Part shown: positions 18,450 to 27,760 of the stretch, piece after piece
How the letters are laid out: the number at the start of each line of letters is the position of its first letter
Numbering within the stretch: the first letter of the stretch is position 1
Assembly: GCA_016186795.1 (NCBI GenBank)
Contig: JACPKY010000002.1
Span: 861,892-925,891 of the forward strand
Origin: Candidatus Gottesmanbacteria bacterium
GTDB lineage: Bacteria; Patescibacteriota; Microgenomatia; 2-02-FULL-39-11
Direction: 5' to 3'
DNA: 64,000 bases
Program-made: the position numbers and the translations under genes
The notes under the pieces: model-generated
Database searches by the model: none
What the model was told of the DNA's origin: nothing
Seen by the model: the letters and a program-made list of their open reading frames with translations, nothing else

Positions 18450-19016
18450 CTAAATTCTCAACTCTCTCCGTAATACGTCAAGAATAATTACTGCATCTTC
18501 TGGTGCGCTGAAGTGATCTTTCCCGTTATAGGTTATTAACTCCGCACTCAAATCTTTCGCAATTGAGACTCCTTGAGAAAAAGGAATTGAACTATCATCT
18601 TTGGAATGGATAACAATAAACTTTCCACCCAACTGTTTAATTTTTTTCATATCAATACGATGGGTAAAGAAATCGGGATATGCCTCTCCATTATGCCTCT
18701 GGGTGTTTTCAACTGCGTTGGCAAATGCAGCGATGAGAAATACTTTTTCAACGCGTTTTTTATATTTCTCTAGATACAAAAGAGCGGCCCGAGTTCCTAA
18801 ACTATGCCCGACAATAATTAATGGCTTCTTTGTATTATTTATTACAGAATGTAAAACACGCAGCCACTGAGACGCTTTTGGAGATTGTCTTCCAGGAAGA
18901 TCAGGAATTGCAAAATCTACATGTAATTTTTTCAGTTCCTTTGCAATAGCTGGATACCAATCCGATAGTGATGATGCGGTATATCCATGGATGAAAACGA
19001 TTGAGAAGTTTATCAT
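18450..19016 (-). CDS. Alpha/beta hydrolase, RBBP9/YdeN-like serine hydrolase family
   Basis: 188 aa; FIHGY N-terminus, nucleophile elbow GHSLG, C-terminal D..H. Confidence 0.65.
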   Translation of the reverse strand: MINFSIVFIHGYTASSLSDWYPAIAKELKKLHVDFAIPDLPGRQSPKASQWLRVLHSVINNTKKPLIIVGHSLGTRAALLYLEKYKKRVEKVFLIAAFANAVENTQRHNGEAYPDFFTHRIDMKKIKQLGGKFIVIHSKDDSSIPFSQGVSIAKDLSAELITYNGKDHFSAPEDAVIILDVLRRELRI

Positions 19017-19067
19017 TGTATTGTAATAATTTGGTGTCTCCTCATAAATGCTCTCCCTGAACCGGAT

Positions 19068-19328
19068 TTAGGTATTATTCAGAAATTTACTAAGTAGTGT
19101 TTTAATCGTTTTTCTTCCATAACCTCCCTTTAAATACTCTTCCCTGTTTTTCGCATCAATCCTATTTTGGAAGGCTTCGTAAAAGATAAGTTTATAGGGA
19201 ATATATGGTTTTGTGGCGAGATTATTTCCTGAGTTATGTTTTTTAAGTCTTTTTCGAAGATCTGAAGTGTAGCCGATATAGAAACTTTTATCTTTGATAC
19301 TTTGGAGAATATAAACGTAGTAGAACAT
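19068..19328 (-). CDS. GIY-YIG nuclease superfamily small protein
   Basis: 86 aa; YYVYILQS...FYIGYTSDLRKRLKKHN GIY-YIG motif. Confidence 0.8.
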   Translation of the reverse strand: MFYYVYILQSIKDKSFYIGYTSDLRKRLKKHNSGNNLATKPYIPYKLIFYEAFQNRIDAKNREEYLKGGYGRKTIKTLLSKFLNNT

Positions 19329-19330
19329 TG

Positions 19331-19408
19331 GCGGGACGTAAGAAATTTATGAAATAAATTTCAACGTCCCAGCAACGTTGAAATTGCTATGCAATTTCTT
19401 ACGTTGCG
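19331..19408. repeat. tRNA-trailing hairpin element copy B
   Basis: Paralog of 14140..14216; abuts 3' end of Ser-type tRNA at 19407. Confidence 0.6.
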
Positions 19409-19493
19409 GAGAGGGTGGGATTTGAACCCACGGCCCGGTTTCCCGGACGGCGGTTTAGTAAACCGCTGCACTAGGCCACTATGCGACCTCTCC
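19407..19493 (-). tRNA. Type II (Ser-like) tRNA with apparent anticodon ACU (A34), divergent paralog of tRNA-Ser(GCU) at 24107..24197
   Basis: Minus read GGAGAGGTCGCATAGTGGCCTAGTGC-A-GCGGT-TTACTAA-ACCGC-long variable arm-GTGGGTTCAAATCCCAC-CCTCTCC-G; acceptor, D and T arms identical to the GCU tRNA, anticodon stem-loop differs. Confidence 0.55.
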
Positions 19494-19521
19494 TGTTTTT
19501 TGGATTATATCATTTGGAGGA

Positions 19522-21225
19522 CTATTCCAGTACTTTGTACACTTCTACTTCGCTATTTTTAAAAATACTTTTGAGGTATGGATTATTACTGCCGGTAAAA
19601 CCGAGATTTCGTTCTTCCCATCCCACGTATATATAGGAAATGTTATTTTTTGTCAGATACTCATGAGCTTTTTCAAAGGAGAGGTTGTTGGAGAAAAATT
19701 GATGTTTTTGGATATCTCCCTTATCAATAAAGTCTAACTTATTTGCGTTGCCGGATAACGCAGGAATATGAAACGATGCCTCCTTTCCGGCAAGGACAGT
19801 TGTTGCAAATGGCGTATTCCGCTCTAAAAATGCATATGCATTATACTGTTGTTTAGTCGGAAAGTAGAGCGATTGGAAATAGGATAGATTTGAATACGTG
19901 TATAAATTCTGGCCGTATGAAACATAGAGTGTAGGAAGTGTTACGAGGAAAGAAATACCGGTAATGATTCCTACCCAAATGTTTTGAGAGATACGAACAA
20001 AGAGTATCCGAGAAAGAATCTCTAGATGCTTCCCAGAGAAACGAATGCTCTCAACCGCCAAGACTCCCATCGGTATGTAATATAACCCTTGAAGAAACCG
20101 GTACTGTTCAATCCCTAACAAATTACCTCGAAGAAATAAGCCACTTTGAGCAATTACCCACGCAATACACACGATGTACCATTTTCGTTGGACGTCTGAA
20201 TGGATAACCTTCCAGAGACAGATAAAAATTCCAAAGAATGAGAAAAGCGCCAACGGGCCAAGAGCAAGAAAAAGATCAGAAAATGTAATAAGACTATTCC
20301 CGATGAAAAACTTAAAAACGTTCGATATCTCTCCCCAGGGGTATGCTGTAAGGAGTTTTTCATAGTACAAAAGAAGAGGAAGGTTACAAAGAAATAGAAT
20401 AAGAGTCAGAAAAACATCTTTTACAAAATCCATATGTGAAACGGCATAGACAAGTGAACGAAATGAGAATCTTTTCTGCTTAACAGTTTTATGAAGAACC
20501 ATAACTACAGGAGTAAGGAAAAGATAGAGAGAAAGCGTTGCGTAAAAAATGAGGCTGTTGACGGGATTGGCATAAATAAAAACAGACGTAAGGAAAACCA
20601 AATATATTATTTTTTTCATAAATGGCCCTCGAAAGGAAACAAATACCCATACGGCTGGAATGAAAAAGACGAAACTAAAAAGATAATGCGGTAACCCTGT
20701 CGCCCGGGTGAAGATATTGAGTTGTTGGATCCAACTTAAGTAGCGCGAAAAAGATGGACTATCCATCTGGTATGTCGTCGGAAAACCGGAAATCCAGAAA
20801 ACAAAAAGAAGGCCAAGAAATGTCCAAATCTTGCTTTTGAACACCGACTGGTAAAAAAACATCAGAAGAAAAGAAAAAAGTAACCCAAGAACAAACCGGT
20901 CAATATGGTAAATGACAATAGAATTTAATCCTCCAAGAAATCCTAAGATGTATCCAGAGATTGTATATATCCCATGAATCCACGCTGTATATGAGGTAAT
21001 CGAGTTCATCAAAAAGCGTTCATCAAGATGTCCACGCACACCATTTTCAACAAATGAGAGATAGACGAAATAGTCAGAATCCCACCAGTGGATTCCAGAA
21101 AAGATATGGTCGGGAGGAGTCTTAACAAGAAGTATTATCCACGGAGAAAAAGAAAAGAGAAATGTGGCAAGAACAAACAACGGAAGAGCTAAAGTTCTTA
21201 TGAAAATATTGAACTCATTTTTCAT
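19522..21225 (-). CDS. Polytopic membrane protein, GT-C-like (ArnT/PMT-type) putative glycosyltransferase with C-terminal soluble domain
   Basis: 567 aa, more than 10 TM then about 110-aa soluble tail; shares IPALS C-terminal block with 22102..24090. Confidence 0.4.
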   Translation of the reverse strand: MKNEFNIFIRTLALPLFVLATFLFSFSPWIILLVKTPPDHIFSGIHWWDSDYFVYLSFVENGVRGHLDERFLMNSITSYTAWIHGIYTISGYILGFLGGLNSIVIYHIDRFVLGLLFSFLLMFFYQSVFKSKIWTFLGLLFVFWISGFPTTYQMDSPSFSRYLSWIQQLNIFTRATGLPHYLFSFVFFIPAVWVFVSFRGPFMKKIIYLVFLTSVFIYANPVNSLIFYATLSLYLFLTPVVMVLHKTVKQKRFSFRSLVYAVSHMDFVKDVFLTLILFLCNLPLLLYYEKLLTAYPWGEISNVFKFFIGNSLITFSDLFLALGPLALFSFFGIFICLWKVIHSDVQRKWYIVCIAWVIAQSGLFLRGNLLGIEQYRFLQGLYYIPMGVLAVESIRFSGKHLEILSRILFVRISQNIWVGIITGISFLVTLPTLYVSYGQNLYTYSNLSYFQSLYFPTKQQYNAYAFLERNTPFATTVLAGKEASFHIPALSGNANKLDFIDKGDIQKHQFFSNNLSFEKAHEYLTKNNISYIYVGWEERNLGFTGSNNPYLKSIFKNSEVEVYKVLE

Positions 21226-21287
21226 CGTTAATGTTTAACTTAATCATATCATTGAGAAAATGTGGGTAAAATCTCTATAATGGAAAG

Positions 21288-22070
21288 ATGATTTATCCAC
21301 TGTATGTTCTCCTTCTCGGGATGCTTGCCGGTCTACACGCAGCTTGTTACGGCGCATATAAAGATAGCCCATACGAACGCTTTAAATTGAATCGATTCGT
21401 CCGGGAAATAAGTATTGGAGCAATTTCCGCTCTTTTTATTTTCTTCAGTACAGAAACCAGAAATGTACACCCGGCAATTCTTTTTCTTTCATTTGTCGCC
21501 TGTTCACGGATTTTTACAGAATCATACAAATTATTTATTCGTGAAGAATCCCAAAAAAAATATAAAATCCCCTCCATGCTCCATATCTTCAAAAACGTCC
21601 TAACATCCCGACTCCAAAGAATTCTTATTGGTGTTGTTGCGTATGTTATTTTTGCAGGATTTTTCGTGCTTGCATTCAAGATCTCCAGTATTTTCTCCAT
21701 CCCTATAAGCGGCGTACTGATTGGACTCATTACTGGATTAATAACAGGTTTTGGAGGTGCATATAAAGATGGCTTTTTCGAGGGTTTTCAAATTCGAAAG
21801 TTCTTCAGAAGTCCGATTATCGGAGCTCTTTCAGGATATCTCCTATCGTATTTAACAGCAGAACCACTTTTCCTTCTTTTATCATCATGGGGGTTGGAAC
21901 GGATGATCGTAGAATTCTATAAAGGGTTTGTAAAAGCAAAATATGTACCAGGGAAATTTAATTTCATAAAAGCTCGGTACCCAGAGTATTTCCTCAAGCG
22001 AAAACGCATCATACCTGCTTATGTAGCAACATGGTTCACCCTCGTATTTCTCCTTCTTTATAGAATATAA
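21288..22070 (+). CDS. Hypothetical membrane protein (6-7 TM)
   Basis: 260 aa hydrophobic ORF. Confidence 0.45.
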   Translation: MIYPLYVLLLGMLAGLHAACYGAYKDSPYERFKLNRFVREISIGAISALFIFFSTETRNVHPAILFLSFVACSRIFTESYKLFIREESQKKYKIPSMLHIFKNVLTSRLQRILIGVVAYVIFAGFFVLAFKISSIFSIPISGVLIGLITGLITGFGGAYKDGFFEGFQIRKFFRSPIIGALSGYLLSYLTAEPLFLLLSSWGLERMIVEFYKGFVKAKYVPGKFNFIKARYPEYFLKRKRIIPAYVATWFTLVFLLLYRI

Positions 22071-22101
22071 TTTTTTTCCACTCCAATGCCGCCAGGAGAC
22101 T

Positions 22102-24090
22102 TCAGTCGTTTTCGTTCACGTCTTGCAAAATAATTACCGAATCATTTTCAAAAAGTGTCATAAATCCTTCACGCGCGGCCTTTTCCAAAAAATAGTGATT
22201 GTAGGGTTTATGGAGAAAAATAAGAGGTTTATCCCCAAGCGCTCGTCTGTCTTCAAATGCACCTGTTCGTTCATCGAAATACCGATACAGGGTATTAAGT
22301 TGGAATTGAGGGTCTTTGCCGGTTTGTCTGACATACCCAGGACTTGCGATATAGACATGTCTTTCAGATAACGCTGGAATATAAATCGGATCATGTCCGG
22401 ACCTTTGTGGATCAGTATACTGACGCGGATCGATAAGAATGACTGCATTTTTTGGTGTATTCTCTTTGAGAAAGTTAATTGCCTCCATTTCATTCATTCC
22501 AACAGAATCCACCGTTGACACTAATTTTTCATAGAGATACTTCATATTAGTCGGAATAGCCAGAAGAATACTTACAAAAATAATCGCCGGACCAAGAATA
22601 GAGCGGTTTATCCTCCTTGGGAAATAGTAAAACTTCTCAAGAGAGAAAGTGGTTAAAACTCCCAAAAGAACAAGAGCGTATGGAGTGAACTGGACAATAT
22701 TGTAGGATGTAATGTTGAGGTTAAATAAAAGTGGGATAGAAAAACTTACAAAGATACTCCATGCAATATACCAGATCGTCAGTTTCGACAGTCCAGTTTT
22801 TACTTTCCGGTTGACCAATAATAAAGCAAGTACGGCAACACCTGTTATTCTCACACCTAAGTTTCCTACGAGATAAATAGTAAACTCAATACCCTTCAGC
22901 TTTAAAAGTCCAAGGGTATTACCGATACTCTTGTAGTAGCTTTCGATCTCCCCGAACTTAACAAGATGAAGCCCGTCATTTTTCGTCATCATTTCTGTCA
23001 GAACCCACCCGGGGTAGAAGTTGAGCGTGGCCTTTTGGGGCTCGGTAATATAGAAGAAAATGGGGAGGAAAAGCATCCATATCATGGGTATAATCCATAA
23101 TAATTTCCATTTCCTCATACCGATGCCGAAAGAAAGAATACTGAAAGTCAGTGCAGAAACCATCGTAACGGCGGCAAAAGATTTGAACCCATAGGACGAG
23201 CCTGTAAGAAGAACAAGGAGAAGAACCCATCTCCATTGGATCTTTTTTTGTGCATCAATGACCATTGATAGGATATACGTGCTGAAAAGGAGAAAAGAAA
23301 ATGCAAGTACGGAATACGGATTCACAATTTGACTAAGAGGTTGATCTACAAGAAAGGTGTTTCCTTCCCAGTTAAAATTCCAGCCATACCAAAGTACAAG
23401 GAGGTATGATATGCTCCCGCAGAAAAATCCCATGAATATCGTCAACCCTTGGAAAAAATGACTTTTTGTGAAAAGAGTGCTCACTGCATACAAACTTAGT
23501 CCGAAAAGAAGTGATACTAGGATGGGCATGAAATGAAAATAAAGATCGATGAAATTGATATGGGTTATCCGATGAGCTGTTGCGACAAAAAGAGGATAAA
23601 AATAATGATTGTTTTTCAGGGGAAGACCAACCATGGCAGGGTTTTGTGGTGGAAATCTGTCTGATAACTCAACTGAAAGGGCAATTCCCCACATTGTATC
23701 GTGCATAAAAGGGAAGAAGTATCTATCCTTCCCTTTCATACCGCCTGGAAAAAGGATAATAGTCTGGGAAATAACTGCAAGTAAGAGCACCAAGAGAATG
23801 CCTTTATTCGTAATTCGTACTCGCGTAGGTATCTGCCATTTTCTTAAAACCTGAAAAAAGAGAAAGAAAATACTCACAACAGGTAAAATCCACAGAATCC
23901 AAAACTCAAATCCGAAAAATCGGATAAGAAATGTAACAAGCGTTAACTGAACAATACCGATAATAAGCAAAAGACCAGTACGTATGAGTTTATCTTCAGG
24001 AAGTTGTATCTTTACTAGCTTGAAAAGGAAAATCGATGGAAGGATAACAAAAAGAAGGAGGAAGAGAAGAAAAGTTACAATCATTTTCAA
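22102..24090 (-). CDS. Polytopic membrane protein, GT-C-like putative glycosyltransferase (paralog family of 19522..21225)
   Basis: 662 aa, about 13 TM, C-terminal soluble domain with YIPALSERHVY block. Confidence 0.4.
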   Translation of the reverse strand: MKMIVTFLLFLLLFVILPSIFLFKLVKIQLPEDKLIRTGLLLIIGIVQLTLVTFLIRFFGFEFWILWILPVVSIFFLFFQVLRKWQIPTRVRITNKGILLVLLLAVISQTIILFPGGMKGKDRYFFPFMHDTMWGIALSVELSDRFPPQNPAMVGLPLKNNHYFYPLFVATAHRITHINFIDLYFHFMPILVSLLFGLSLYAVSTLFTKSHFFQGLTIFMGFFCGSISYLLVLWYGWNFNWEGNTFLVDQPLSQIVNPYSVLAFSFLLFSTYILSMVIDAQKKIQWRWVLLLVLLTGSSYGFKSFAAVTMVSALTFSILSFGIGMRKWKLLWIIPMIWMLFLPIFFYITEPQKATLNFYPGWVLTEMMTKNDGLHLVKFGEIESYYKSIGNTLGLLKLKGIEFTIYLVGNLGVRITGVAVLALLLVNRKVKTGLSKLTIWYIAWSIFVSFSIPLLFNLNITSYNIVQFTPYALVLLGVLTTFSLEKFYYFPRRINRSILGPAIIFVSILLAIPTNMKYLYEKLVSTVDSVGMNEMEAINFLKENTPKNAVILIDPRQYTDPQRSGHDPIYIPALSERHVYIASPGYVRQTGKDPQFQLNTLYRYFDERTGAFEDRRALGDKPLIFLHKPYNHYFLEKAAREGFMTLFENDSVIILQDVNEND

Positions 24091-24106
24091 CGCAGTCGGG
24101 ACTACA

Positions 24107-24197
24107 TGGCGGAGAGGGTGGGATTTGAACCCACGGTCCCCTTACGAGGACAGCGCATTAGCACTGCGCCGCACTAGACCAACTATGCGACCTCTCC
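24107..24197 (-). tRNA. tRNA-Ser (anticodon GCU), type II, CCA encoded
   Basis: Minus read GGAGAGGTCGCATAGTTGGTCTAGTGC-G-GCGCA-GTGCTAA-TGCGC-long arm-GTGGGTTCAAATCCCAC-CCTCTCC-G-CCA. Confidence 0.75.
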
Positions 24198-24226
24198 AAA
24201 ATCAACATATTATATCAAAGAGCTTC

Positions 24227-24895
24227 TTATCCATGCGCGACAACAATTGCCCATACAATTTTTACACCATTTCTTTTCAACACTTTTGCGCATTCGGAAA
24301 GTGTTGCCCGGGTTGTACCGACATCATCCACTAATCCAAGACACTTTCCTGTCAGTTCCTTCTTAGATCCCACAATAAATGCATTTCTGGTATTTTTCTT
24401 CCTATCTTCAAGCGATAAATCTGCTTGAGATTTCGTATTTTCTACTCGCTCCAAAGAAGTTGGAATAACTGGAACATGAATCCTCTCCCCTAATCCTTGA
24501 GCAAGAAGAAGACTTTGATTGAACCCTCTTTCCTTTTCCCGAGATGGATGAAGCGGAACAGGGGTGAGAAAATCAAATGGAGGAAGAGATGAAAAGAAGG
24601 AAATATCAAACATTTCTATAATTGAGGGAACGATATCATACACATGTTGATACTTCAGAAGATGTATTGCTTTTTTTATAGGACCCCGGAAATACACTGC
24701 CGCATACATACCATCCAAACCATAAGAAGTGAGACATCGTATGTGTGTACGACCATCGAGTGCAGGGCGAGCGCACACGGGACAAATCTGCTGAGAAATA
24801 CGCTCAATATGTGCGACGCATGATTTGCAGAAATAATTCCCAATCTTCCCACATCCGACACATCGAGGAGGAAAGAGAAGATCAAGAATGTGCAT
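24227..24895 (-). CDS. comF: ComF/GntX family phosphoribosyltransferase-domain protein (competence protein F-like)
   Basis: Double zinc-ribbon LLFPPRCVGCG...CKSCV...CPVCARP plus C-terminal PRTase motif LVDDVGTTRATL; ORF track start 24982 overlaps tmRNA, ATG at 24895 (MHILDLLFPPRC) preferred. Confidence 0.7.
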   Translation of the reverse strand: MHILDLLFPPRCVGCGKIGNYFCKSCVAHIERISQQICPVCARPALDGRTHIRCLTSYGLDGMYAAVYFRGPIKKAIHLLKYQHVYDIVPSIIEMFDISFFSSLPPFDFLTPVPLHPSREKERGFNQSLLLAQGLGERIHVPVIPTSLERVENTKSQADLSLEDRKKNTRNAFIVGSKKELTGKCLGLVDDVGTTRATLSECAKVLKRNGVKIVWAIVVAHG

Positions 24896-24916
24896 AAAAT
24901 CCCGAGGGGCGAAGTG

Positions 24917-25311
24917 TGGAGATGTCCGGTATTGAGCCGGAGTCCGAAGTAACAATTCGAAAATGTCTACAAGCGTAGTCAATACTATAAAAGCGTGGTC
25001 TTTATTGACAAAGACGATTCACGACAGTGTTGGTCTAGAATCCTCCGAAATCAACCGACCAGTTGATTTCTGACGTCCTGACTGTGTTTACACCGATACC
25101 TCTCCATCAGGAGAGAGAACTACCGATGCATGCTGAGGCGTAAGATTTACGCGTAGGCATGAGCAAGTTGTCGTCCGCCGGTTAAGGCATCGAGAGCAAC
25201 AAGCTTTTCTGCTGATTCATTAGCAGGTATGTTTGGTAATGTTTTACGGCTTTCTTACCACCGCCGGCTTGCAATTTTCAAAGTGCTCGCTTCGTCGAAC
25301 GAAGCATCCCC
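24917..25311 (-). ncRNA. ssrA: tmRNA (SsrA), one-piece
   Basis: Minus read begins GGGGATGCTTCGTTCGACGAAGCG (cf. GGGGCUGAUUCUGGAUUCGACGGG) and ends ...TCCGG-CTCAATA-CCGGA-CATCTCC-A (T-arm plus acceptor with G3:U wobble typical of Ala identity); immediately downstream of smpB; CCA not encoded. Confidence 0.75.
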
Positions 25312-25315
25312 TATT

Positions 25316-25756
25316 CTAAATTTTCCCTTTTACAATTCTTTGAATATCTCTTTCCATATCCCGTTTTTTCAAGGCTTCCCGCTTTTCGTACTGCCTTTTC
25401 CCCTTCCCAAGACCAATTTTTAGCTTCACAAAGCCATGTTTAGTATAACATTCAAGAGGCACAAGTGTCAAACGACTTGATGCTAATTTTACCTTGAGAG
25501 ATAGGATTTCATTTTTATGCATCAGAAGTTTTCGAGTCCTTTTGGAGTCATACCCTTCGGGACGAGCGTAAGGATACGGAAAAATCTGCGCATTCACCAA
25601 ATATACCTCACTCCCGGTAATTTTTACAAACGATCCTTCAAGAGACATTCTCCCTCCTTTTATGGATTTTACTTCCGCACCCAATAGGTGAATACCTGCT
25701 TCAAACGTATCCAGAATAGTAAAATCGTGGTGAGCCTTTTTGTTTACAATTTTCAT
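25316..25756 (-). CDS. smpB: SsrA-binding protein SmpB
   Basis: 146 aa; KKAHHDFTILDTFEAGIHLLGAEVKSIKGG N-terminal signature of SmpB. Confidence 0.85.
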   Translation of the reverse strand: MKIVNKKAHHDFTILDTFEAGIHLLGAEVKSIKGGRMSLEGSFVKITGSEVYLVNAQIFPYPYARPEGYDSKRTRKLLMHKNEILSLKVKLASSRLTLVPLECYTKHGFVKLKIGLGKGKRQYEKREALKKRDMERDIQRIVKGKI

Positions 25757-25765
25757 GAAGAGAAA

Positions 25766-27535
25766 TTACTTCATATCTATCGCATATATTTTATTGCCGG
25801 AGAGGATGAACATCTTCTTCTCTTCCTCAGATGCGATAAAATCATCCGCACTTTTCAGCCCATCCCACTGATATTGCGAGTGATACAATCCATCTTTATC
25901 AAAGACAATAATTCTACTCGTTTGTTTGTCTAAGAAATAGACGTACGTATCTGTATCACTTGTGGAAATATCTTCAATTCCTGCCATACTCTCAGGAAAA
26001 TCTTTCGGCACAAATGGATTCCCATTTCCTTGAGTCAACCTCACGATATCTCCACCCGTTGAGAAAACCCAGACAGAGCCGTCAATAACCAGCTCTTTTG
26101 CTTGGGAAAAGTTGACTGAAACTCCGCGATTGACATAATTTTGTGCTGGTAAATATCCAACTTCCTGTGATATATATTTCCAAATGCTATTATTTGTCCT
26201 GTCAAGAAGATACAGATTCCCTCCAAATGCCGTAAGAGCTGTAATATCACCCCATTTCTCATCTCGCTTAATAACAATATCTGCTTTTTTTGTATCGATA
26301 TGGACTGAAGAAACCCCTTCATCACTCACTATGTACACGAATTTACCATGAATGGTAATGCCCTTGGCATTTTTTACTGTATCACCTCCTGCTATAACCG
26401 ATGCCTTTTTCGTTTTTGAATCGAAATAGTACACGGTATTATTTTTTGTATCGAGAATTGCTTTACTTGTCTCGAAACTCGCAATTTTATTACCCGTTCC
26501 TTCAGCTTTAATAAAACTTATATCAAAGTAGAGAGGCACTGAGGTAAATGTATAGATTTTATATGCAAGGAGTTCCTGTTCTGATACCTTAGTAAGCCAT
26601 TCGTTTGCTTCCCCGTATTCTTTTGAATCTTTGGGAAACTCTTTCAGAAGCGGTGTTAAAGCTACTTTACTATCGGAAAGAAGAGTTCTAGATCTTGCGG
26701 GATTGAGTTCCAAGAGGCTCACTGCTTCTTCGTATTGATGCGAAACAAGATCAAGCACTCCGGCCAGTTTTTCTCGACGCTTCGTTGATTGCGTTTGACT
26801 AATATTTAAAAAGATACTTGCGATAAGAAGACCGGTCAGTATAACAGCGATTGTCAAAAACATCTTTTTCTTGCGAATAGTCTCTGGATCAAGCTCTTCT
26901 TCTTCAACTTTTTTTAGACGCTTCCAAAACATACGTAATGATTCTTTCACTTTTGCCCTGTCAATCTTTCTTGGTTGTTTACTTTCTTCTCTTTTCACCA
27001 CAAGAAGAGAAAACCCATGAGGAGAAGGAGAGGAAAATTGAATTTCTTCTTCCAATTCTTCTTTTTGAGTCTTCGTTTTTGAAAAAATTTCATATCGCCT
27101 CTCTCTCGAGGTATGTTCAATTCCTGTTCTTCCCATAACAAAAACCCTATCATTTTCTAGCACACCCCCTGAAACGATATCCCCCGATGAGGCAATTTTT
27201 CCAATTTTTCCTTCTCTTTCCAGAAGGACTTCGCCGCCTCCAATATTTTTTACAGAAAGCGAATCTCTCGATAGAAGTCCAATTGTTACTGAAGAAAATT
27301 CCTTTCCGATGGTAATTTTCTTTAATTGGCTCATGTCCTTTTGAGACGCATTCTCTAATTCTGTGACTAATTTTTTGAAAATTTCCTCAAATTCGTTATC
27401 CGACACGTTTGGATCGACTAACTCCGCATAAAGAAACAAGTCCTCACGGATAATACTCTTCGCTTTGGCGGGGACGCTCTTTTTCAATGAGAAGGTGTGC
27501 GTCTCGATAAGGGCGAGCATAGGATAAACTGCCAA
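25766..27535 (-). CDS. Hypothetical bitopic protein: cytoplasmic N-domain, single TM, extracytoplasmic beta-propeller-like C-domain
   Basis: 589 aa; TM near residue 220 (MFLTIAVILTGLLIASIF); repetitive beta-strand-rich C-terminus. Confidence 0.45.
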   Translation of the reverse strand: MAVYPMLALIETHTFSLKKSVPAKAKSIIREDLFLYAELVDPNVSDNEFEEIFKKLVTELENASQKDMSQLKKITIGKEFSSVTIGLLSRDSLSVKNIGGGEVLLEREGKIGKIASSGDIVSGGVLENDRVFVMGRTGIEHTSRERRYEIFSKTKTQKEELEEEIQFSSPSPHGFSLLVVKREESKQPRKIDRAKVKESLRMFWKRLKKVEEEELDPETIRKKKMFLTIAVILTGLLIASIFLNISQTQSTKRREKLAGVLDLVSHQYEEAVSLLELNPARSRTLLSDSKVALTPLLKEFPKDSKEYGEANEWLTKVSEQELLAYKIYTFTSVPLYFDISFIKAEGTGNKIASFETSKAILDTKNNTVYYFDSKTKKASVIAGGDTVKNAKGITIHGKFVYIVSDEGVSSVHIDTKKADIVIKRDEKWGDITALTAFGGNLYLLDRTNNSIWKYISQEVGYLPAQNYVNRGVSVNFSQAKELVIDGSVWVFSTGGDIVRLTQGNGNPFVPKDFPESMAGIEDISTSDTDTYVYFLDKQTSRIIVFDKDGLYHSQYQWDGLKSADDFIASEEEKKMFILSGNKIYAIDMK

Positions 27536-27760
27536 TTAGAGAAAAAGAATAACCCAAGTGAATACAAGGATTGATGACAGAAGATGGATAAGTGAAAGAA
27601 TAATAATGATCGGAGAAATATTTGCGTGGACTACCCGTGTCATTACTTGTGTCTGACGTACGACAATAATGGAGAACAAAAGGTGAAGCACGAGGAAAGA
27701 GAGTGCGATAAACTTGATAAGAATCTGTGGGAAAAAAACCGCCAGATCAGTGAGGTTCAT
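27536..27760 (-). CDS. Small hypothetical membrane protein (2 TM)
   Basis: 74 aa hydrophobic ORF abutting upstream gene stop. Confidence 0.3.
   Translation of the reverse strand: MNLTDLAVFFPQILIKFIALSFLVLHLLFSIIVVRQTQVMTRVVHANISPIIIILSLIHLLSSILVFTWVILFL

Noticed and set aside
24896-24982. N-terminal 29 codons of the 251-aa ComF ORF
   Set aside because: This region forms the T-arm and acceptor of the tmRNA. The conserved ComF N-terminus (LLFPPRC zinc ribbon) starts right after the internal ATG at 24895.
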